Assembly (NCBI GenBank): GCA_963695335.1
Contig: OY968764.1
Span: 768,001 to 832,000, forward strand
Reading direction: 5' to 3'
DNA: 64,000 nt
Source: an uncultured bacterium
GTDB taxonomy: Bacteria > Babelota > Babeliae > Babelales > Vermiphilaceae
Positions 58,386-64,000 of this stretch are shown here, piece after piece. The position numbers and the translations under genes were made by a program. Position 1 is the first letter of the stretch. Each line of letters opens with the position of its first letter. Under the pieces are notes generated by a model. It was given only the letters and a program-made list of their open reading frames with translations, did no database searches and was not told the origin of the DNA.

Positions 58386-58477
58386 ATCACTATCCCCATT
58401 TCTTAATTTCGGCTTTTCTGGTATAATATACTGTATAATACGTAGTTTTGCATGCATTTTATACAAGGAAAACAGCC

Positions 58478-60250
58478 GTGAATAGAGTAAGAAATTTATT
58501 ATTATTTTTATCTTTGGTCATAGTACCTTTTTGTGGTGCATCTTATGCATCTTCCCCTCTCGAATTTAAGCAGGCAGTAGCACGATATATAAAACATACA
58601 GATATTGATTGTTTGCAACATGTTCAACGCCATGTTGATGACAATGTGCCGTATAAAAAAGAGTTACGATATTTACTGAAAAACTATAATACCATTTCTA
58701 CGTCTGCTTTGCTTTCTCGTCTCCGTTCAGCTCATCAAGAAATGGTCAAGTATGAATCTGATGTTACGAGTGATGTTTATAAAAAATATGAGCAAATATC
58801 AAGCGCACTTTTATTAATTTGTGCGCAATCTTTTTTTTATGATGTGCGTAACCAAATTTTGAATGCATTGGATGAAATTGATCAGCTTATGATGTATTGG
58901 CGCTATCAGCAGCATCATCAACTGAGTTATTTTTTTAGCAAATCTCCAACCAAATGGATTATGGGAAAGTCTCAAGCAAAAGAGATTGCATATAATATTG
59001 TTCAATTAGAGCGTAAGCAGAGTGAATTATATACATTGTTGGGAGCATTAGCTGGGCATGCGCATGCGTTAACGGTTTGTAATGTTACGTATGATGAATG
59101 TTATAAGTGGGTAAATGGATTGTTGACGGTTTTATCTCATAATCATGATGCTTCTGCTGATAATGTTCAATTTGATGATATTGCAGCTCAATTAGCATTG
59201 AGAATGAAAAAGGTAGATTCATTTGCGCATGATCTTTTACGATCGCTTAATGCTGTAAGAAAATCGAGTCATTTTACGCAACATTGGATGGCATATACAG
59301 CAATGTTGGCGGCAACTGGATATGTGGCGCATTATCATGCGAATAATCCTGATGTTATACCAGCCGCAGTTCAAAGAACAGGGGCTTTTGCACAAGGCGT
59401 AGTTACGAGTGTGGTTGTTGATCCATTGACCGATCTTTATAAAGTCTTCTTTGGAATAGATGCTAAAGGAGCAGTTGATAATATAGAGAAACGCGTTGAT
59501 GAGATAGAAAAGTTAGCAAGTAATGTCAAAGCAAATGTAGCAAATATAAGTAAAGATAATGCTAAATCTTTACGGCAATATGCTGAAGATATTTTAGAGC
59601 AAACACTGACAAAAATGAATATTGCTAATAAAGATCAGATACTTTCAGATGTAGCAAATAATGATTTAGCTTCATTGAACGCATTGTGTGAAAAAACTGG
59701 CTGGTCAGCATGGACGTTTGATAATCGTCTTGATCAAGAGACTGTTCGTATTCTTTTGTTGGTGGATGAAATATTGAATTTATTGATACCATATCTTGAT
59801 TTATTAGACCAAAATATTTTGCCATTAACTCAGGAAATAGGATTGTTATTTGTTGATTTGGGGCATATCGTTGGTGATTTTATTAAAAATAATTTTTGGA
59901 CGGCTAAACTTACTGCATTTACCCCATTAGCTGCTGCATGTATTGGTACGGTTAAAACATATAAATGGGCAACAGCTCGTGATTATTCACCAATACGTAT
60001 TGCACTTGCAGATGTTAATGCTTTATTAATAGAATCGGGAACACAGCTGAATGATTATGCTTACGGGAAATTGCTGTATTTGGTATTTAAATTACGTCAT
60101 AGAGCAAGTTCATTAAAAGATCCGTTAGCGCATGAATTTTTAGCTGATGTAGCAAAACTTGAATCTAAACAGTATGGATCGGATACAAAACATAGTATTG
60201 TTGAGAACATGTTTAATAAGTATGCGTTTTTAGGACGTATTTCTGTGTAA
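58478..60250 (+). CDS. NCA2/DGS1-like membrane protein, paralog 1
   Basis: LDEID...YWRYQ...K.P.KW; HWMAY TM; YGKLLYL...EFLAD...L...K..IV..MF.KY.FL; GTG start after AAGGA. Confidence 0.55.
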   Translation: MNRVRNLLLFLSLVIVPFCGASYASSPLEFKQAVARYIKHTDIDCLQHVQRHVDDNVPYKKELRYLLKNYNTISTSALLSRLRSAHQEMVKYESDVTSDVYKKYEQISSALLLICAQSFFYDVRNQILNALDEIDQLMMYWRYQQHHQLSYFFSKSPTKWIMGKSQAKEIAYNIVQLERKQSELYTLLGALAGHAHALTVCNVTYDECYKWVNGLLTVLSHNHDASADNVQFDDIAAQLALRMKKVDSFAHDLLRSLNAVRKSSHFTQHWMAYTAMLAATGYVAHYHANNPDVIPAAVQRTGAFAQGVVTSVVVDPLTDLYKVFFGIDAKGAVDNIEKRVDEIEKLASNVKANVANISKDNAKSLRQYAEDILEQTLTKMNIANKDQILSDVANNDLASLNALCEKTGWSAWTFDNRLDQETVRILLLVDEILNLLIPYLDLLDQNILPLTQEIGLLFVDLGHIVGDFIKNNFWTAKLTAFTPLAAACIGTVKTYKWATARDYSPIRIALADVNALLIESGTQLNDYAYGKLLYLVFKLRHRASSLKDPLAHEFLADVAKLESKQYGSDTKHSIVENMFNKYAFLGRISV

Positions 60251-60272
60251 AAAAAATGATTTGATGACGAGT

Positions 60273-60302
60273 AAAGGTGTAACTTTGAGTTGCACCTTTT
60301 TT
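60273..60302 (+). terminator. Rho-independent terminator
   Basis: AAAGGTGTAAC-TTTGA-GTTGCACCTTTTTT. Confidence 0.7.
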
Positions 60303-60318
60303 AATGAATTTTTATTCC

Positions 60319-60393
60319 GCGCTCGTCCTGAGCTTGTCGAAGGATTTCTTCGAGCGCTCGAAAGATATCCTTCGACAAGCTCAGGACGAGCGC
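60319..60393. repeat. Repeat-A doublet, closest to consensus
   Basis: GCGCTCGTCCTGAGCTTGTCGAAGGA...TCCTTCGACAAGCTCAGGACGAGCGC with perfectly complementary 26-bp arms. Confidence 0.93.
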
Positions 60394-60505
60394 AGAGAGT
60401 AGTATGTTGTTTAGTGAAAGATGTTATAAGCTAGCTTGTTCAGCAGTATATTGACTATACTGCTTGTAAGATATTTTATTCTTATATAAAAAAAGGGGGG
60501 TAGTC

Positions 60506-62023
60506 GTGAAATTATATAGTAAAAGTTTATCTATTTTGTTGGTAATCATTTCTTTTTCTCTGTACACATCTCAAAGGCTACCAGTTGTTCCCATTATTTC
60601 AACCGTTCCAGAAGCAATTGTTGCGTTGCGAAAGATTATTATAAGTGTTCCAATTGATGATGCTGTAGCTTTACAAAGTTATGAAAAAGCACAAAGTAAT
60701 GCGATTGTTCAGTGTGCAAAAGTTTTATATGATGCTGCTTATGCGCAAATTTTAGATGCATTGCAAGAAATAGATGCTCGTCTTGTGTATTGGAGATACC
60801 AAAAGAATCATCCATGGAGATATTTTGTGACAAAAAACCCGGTGAAATGGGTTACGGGCGCTTCTCAGGATGTTGAGATCAATAATAATATTGAGCAATT
60901 ACAAAGCCATCAGGGAGAGCTGTATGTTCTTTTGGGACAACTTTCTGAGTATGGTAATGTGTACGATCATAAACATAAAACTTTATTCAGGAGCGATTAC
61001 GTACAAGGTTATGCGTGGGTTGATGGATTGTTGGATATATTGGTACGCATAAAAGTTTCAGTAAAAAGTTTTGATGGCATGTCAGCATTTATTGCTCGAG
61101 TAACGCTGTTAAAAGCAAAACTTGAACGCGTGCGTTTTTTCAAAAATCAGATTTTATCAGAGATGAATGATACCCAAATGCCAGCGCATCTTGAGCGTAA
61201 TTGGTTAAAGTATGGTGCTGTAGCAGCCATGTTAGGATGGGGATATCAAGCAAATGCATTGGAAAAATTATCAAATGCTTTTGCGTATGTAACAAATGGA
61301 ATGAAAGAATATGTTATTACTCCTGTGGAAAATGTGATGAAAGATGTTTTTGGTAGAAGTAATCATGATGTGAGTAATGAATTATTGGTATCTCAAGAAG
61401 AAATTACTATAGCTCAAAATACAATTGCAAAGTTTCTTTCAGATTTAGTGACTAGTGGTGATATTACTGCAGAACAAGAGAAAGTAATGCTGAGTACAAT
61501 AGAATCAGGTAAAAGTGAATCTTTATATGCATTAATGAATGAGTTGTGGGATAAGGGTCTTTTTTATAAAAGTAAATTTTTGACTTCGGGGCTTTTGTGG
61601 GGAGAGTTTAAATTTTTAATGACAGGAAAACGGTTACAAGAGAAGCTTGCAAATATTGAAAATCAGTATATTGGAATTGGTAAAATTGCAGTTTTAACAC
61701 CGACTCTTTTGAGCAGTTGGCTTGCTTATAGAGGTTATAAAGTCTTTACCGAAAAAGATTATACACCAATACGCCGAGCACTTGTTGATATTAATTCTCT
61801 TTTTGTTGATGCAACAAGACCACTCGATGATGAACAGTATGGTAAAATGTTGTATTTAATTTTTGATCTTAAAAAACGAGCAGTGATTGATGTGCCATTA
61901 ACAGATCGTGCTGATTTTATTAATGATTTAAATCGTATTGAATCAAAAGAGTTTAATGTTGCTGCTAAGCGAGCGATTGTCGATGATATGTTTAGAAAAT
62001 ATTCATTTCTGAAGTTAAGTTAA
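60506..62023 (+). CDS. NCA2/DGS1-like membrane protein, paralog 2
   Basis: LQEIDARLVYWRYQ, RNWLKY, DYTPIRRALVDIN, YGKMLYL, IVDDMFRKYSFL. Confidence 0.55.
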   Translation: MKLYSKSLSILLVIISFSLYTSQRLPVVPIISTVPEAIVALRKIIISVPIDDAVALQSYEKAQSNAIVQCAKVLYDAAYAQILDALQEIDARLVYWRYQKNHPWRYFVTKNPVKWVTGASQDVEINNNIEQLQSHQGELYVLLGQLSEYGNVYDHKHKTLFRSDYVQGYAWVDGLLDILVRIKVSVKSFDGMSAFIARVTLLKAKLERVRFFKNQILSEMNDTQMPAHLERNWLKYGAVAAMLGWGYQANALEKLSNAFAYVTNGMKEYVITPVENVMKDVFGRSNHDVSNELLVSQEEITIAQNTIAKFLSDLVTSGDITAEQEKVMLSTIESGKSESLYALMNELWDKGLFYKSKFLTSGLLWGEFKFLMTGKRLQEKLANIENQYIGIGKIAVLTPTLLSSWLAYRGYKVFTEKDYTPIRRALVDINSLFVDATRPLDDEQYGKMLYLIFDLKKRAVIDVPLTDRADFINDLNRIESKEFNVAAKRAIVDDMFRKYSFLKLS

Positions 62024-62162
62024 AGAAAAATACCGCTTAGCAAAAGATATTTTTTTGCTATTATCAGAAAAGGTGATATCGTAAAAATGGTATAACGATA
62101 TCATCTTTTTTTTGATAAAATATAAGTATTATACACATCCTAGTATTAGTGAAAGGCCAAAC

Positions 62163-62723
62163 ATGGCAGCATTTAATCGTATTATTATTGTTGGTAATTT
62201 AACCAGAGATCCTGAGTATCGCACACTTCCGTCTGGACAAGGCGTATCTCGTCTTGGATTAGCAACTAATCGTCAATTTAAAAATAAGCAAACTGGCAGC
62301 TTGGTACAAGAAGTATGCTACATCGATGTTGATGTGTGGGGAGCACAAGCAGAAAGTTGTCGTCAGTATTTGCAAAAAGGTCGTCCAGTGTTGATTGAAG
62401 GTCGTCTTAAATTAGATTCATGGGATGATCAAACAGGGCAAAAGCGCAGCAAGCATTCTATTGTTGCAGAACGTGTTGTGTTTTTATCAAATGGAGCTTC
62501 TGCTGAAGCATCATTTGGTGGATCTATGGCAGATGATGCTGACAATGGTGTTCAGCTTAACCCAAATAATCCGGTTGAACGTGATTTGCTTGCGCAATTA
62601 GAAAAAGCACAAACAAGGGTGAAAGCAACTAAAGCTGCTAAAAAAGAAGAAGCTCCTGCCCCTTCAACAGGTGAAATTGATTTTCAGGATGAGCCCCCAT
62701 TTGAAGATAACTTACCATTCTAA
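62163..62723 (+). CDS. ssb: Single-stranded DNA-binding protein
   Basis: NRIIIVGNLTRDPE, KGRPVLIEGRL, acidic tail ending DNLPF. Confidence 0.96.
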   Translation: MAAFNRIIIVGNLTRDPEYRTLPSGQGVSRLGLATNRQFKNKQTGSLVQEVCYIDVDVWGAQAESCRQYLQKGRPVLIEGRLKLDSWDDQTGQKRSKHSIVAERVVFLSNGASAEASFGGSMADDADNGVQLNPNNPVERDLLAQLEKAQTRVKATKAAKKEEAPAPSTGEIDFQDEPPFEDNLPF

Positions 62724-62750
62724 GTTACTTTTTTTGAGTAATTAGTATAT

Positions 62751-62778
62751 GCCCCGCTCCACAAAAGCGGGGTTTTTT
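62751..62778 (+). terminator. Terminator after ssb
   Basis: CCCCGCT-CCACAAA-AGCGGGG followed by T6. Confidence 0.75.
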
Positions 62779-62879
62779 ATGTTAAGACAAATTTCTAACT
62801 GAAAATTTTCATTGACTATAAAGTCCAATATTTGTAATAATAAAAGCGAAAAGGGGCGTTGTAATAAAGAAGGATTATC

Positions 62880-63308
62880 ATGAAAAGAATAGGTTTTTTG
62901 ACGAGTTTTGTAATGCTTTTTTGCGTAACATCGGTAAAAACCTATCAGGTTAATCTTTCTTTTGACTCTCTTTTTCCTAAAACATGGTATCAAAAGGGGT
63001 TAGAAGCATCGATGCATGTGTGGCAATCGTTGGCTACTGTGTTTGAAAAGCAGAGCGACGGGGCAATGCTATCGTTGGATTTATTGTTAGGACGTTTGGC
63101 TTTTGCACAATTTTGCATTAATCGTATGCATAAAGAGGGTGCGCAGCAATTGGCAGATGATACTGCTTATTTTTCTGCTGTTTTAGATAGAGTTAAGCGG
63201 TTACTTGCATTAGTGAATCTTACTCCCAAAACATATGATTTTGTTCTGTGTGCTGAAGATATGATTGAAGAGATGGAGAGACAGTTGGGTTCTACATACT
63301 TAAACTAA
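62880..63308 (+). CDS. Hypothetical exported protein
   Basis: AAGGA RBS; signal peptide. Confidence 0.6.
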   Translation: MKRIGFLTSFVMLFCVTSVKTYQVNLSFDSLFPKTWYQKGLEASMHVWQSLATVFEKQSDGAMLSLDLLLGRLAFAQFCINRMHKEGAQQLADDTAYFSAVLDRVKRLLALVNLTPKTYDFVLCAEDMIEEMERQLGSTYLN

Positions 63309-64000
63309 TATCAAGCCCGTACATTCCGCCCGCAATATTTGTGTTAAATGTTCTTTTACCCGCTATTTCGAGATTATAAAATACGCCAATTCGGTTGCCA
63401 ACCTTGTTTCCTTCACGTGCAAAATCATATTCAAGAATAAAGTTAAATGTATGCATATTCCATCCAGCAAGCGTTGGATCGCTGTTGATGATAGCACAAT
63501 TAAATTGTGTTGAGTCGCATAGCCTGCCCGTCGAAGCCTTGGCGAAGTCGGGGGTTAAGTTGGATTTTTGTTGGGAAGCAAAAGAATATGCTGAAGTAAA
63601 TGAAAATCCATGACCAAAGTGATCTGCTTTAAGATAAAGTCCAGTGTGAACCAATGGTCCCCTGTGGACTGAAACATTGCCAGATGCAAGTTTGATGATA
63701 CCGCTCTGGTCTGCATCTGTTTTCAGGCGCATTGTTTTGTCTTTGTTGAGGAAAAACAGTGAGTTTACATATCCACCAAACGTAATCCATTCATAGTGTC
63801 CTATAGAGAGCATAGCGCAGAGGGGGAATGCCCAGTGCCCATTATAGCCTGTTGGCAATGAAAATGGGTTGAGTTCGTTTTTTTGTTTGCCGGTAGGGCT
63901 GAGCAAGCCTGCCATCAAGGTAACATCAACAAAATCGATTGTGGTTGTTTCTTGGTAGTTATGTGTCCAGCCCAGGTAAGAAGAAAAGTCCCCAACACCA
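63292..64000 (-). CDS. Probable outer-membrane beta-barrel-like protein, 5'-truncated by window edge
   Basis: Frame stays open to the window end (GVGDFSSYLGWTHNY...); alternating aromatic/polar strands. Confidence 0.55.
   Translation of the reverse strand, partial: GVGDFSSYLGWTHNYQETTTIDFVDVTLMAGLLSPTGKQKNELNPFSLPTGYNGHWAFPLCAMLSIGHYEWITFGGYVNSLFFLNKDKTMRLKTDADQSGIIKLASGNVSVHRGPLVHTGLYLKADHFGHGFSFTSAYSFASQQKSNLTPDFAKASTGRLCDSTQFNCAIINSDPTLAGWNMHTFNFILEYDFAREGNKVGNRIGVFYNLEIAGKRTFNTNIAGGMYGLDISLSM
63522..63552 (-). repeat. B copy in frame within the beta-barrel gene (PDFAKASTGR)
   Basis: Minus strand CCCGACTTCGCCAAGGCTTCGACGGGCAGGC. Confidence 0.85.

Overview
AT-rich bacterial chromosomal window. 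The gene style (signal peptides ending in AM[E/Q/D/K], ankyrin, F-box-like and RING proteins, lineage-specific paralog families) suggests an intracellular protist parasite, most likely Dependentiae/Babeliae (TM6); this is inference. The housekeeping backbone includes der (partial), hpf, bcp, cca, argS, tsf, frr, tRNA-Lys, tRNA-Leu, a tig-like gene, trxB, rpmH-rnpA-yidD, phoH-like, thrS, nth, xerC-like, mrdA, rpsT, rpmB, ftsH, tolQRA/tolB, mug, dipZ, mnmA, pgsA-like and ssb. Two intact IS elements are present (IS982 with a 7-bp TSD; IS5 family). Main observations: (1) An apparent polymorphic toxin family: two signal-peptide proteins share a ~500-aa trunk but end in different RNase toxin domains (CdiA RNase A-like and colicin E3-like), each followed by a candidate immunity gene. 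One sits inside the tol operon; the other sits in an array of Zn-ribbon immunity modules that includes a hidden frameshifted copy. (2) Two families of short palindromic repeats (A, ~39/74 bp; B, ~30-32 bp) show covarying stems, nest into each other at a recurring site, overlap tRNA CCA ends and are translated in-frame inside at least six genes. (3) An unannotated 26-aa peptide gene lies divergent from a multi-TM/GAF/degenerate sigma54-activator/HTH protein, a candidate peptide-sensing one-component system. (4) Eukaryote-like candidate effectors: ankyrin-RING, F-box-like proteins, an NCA2/DGS1-like pair and a serpin-like protein. Family assignments come from motif recognition by eye; no searches were run.
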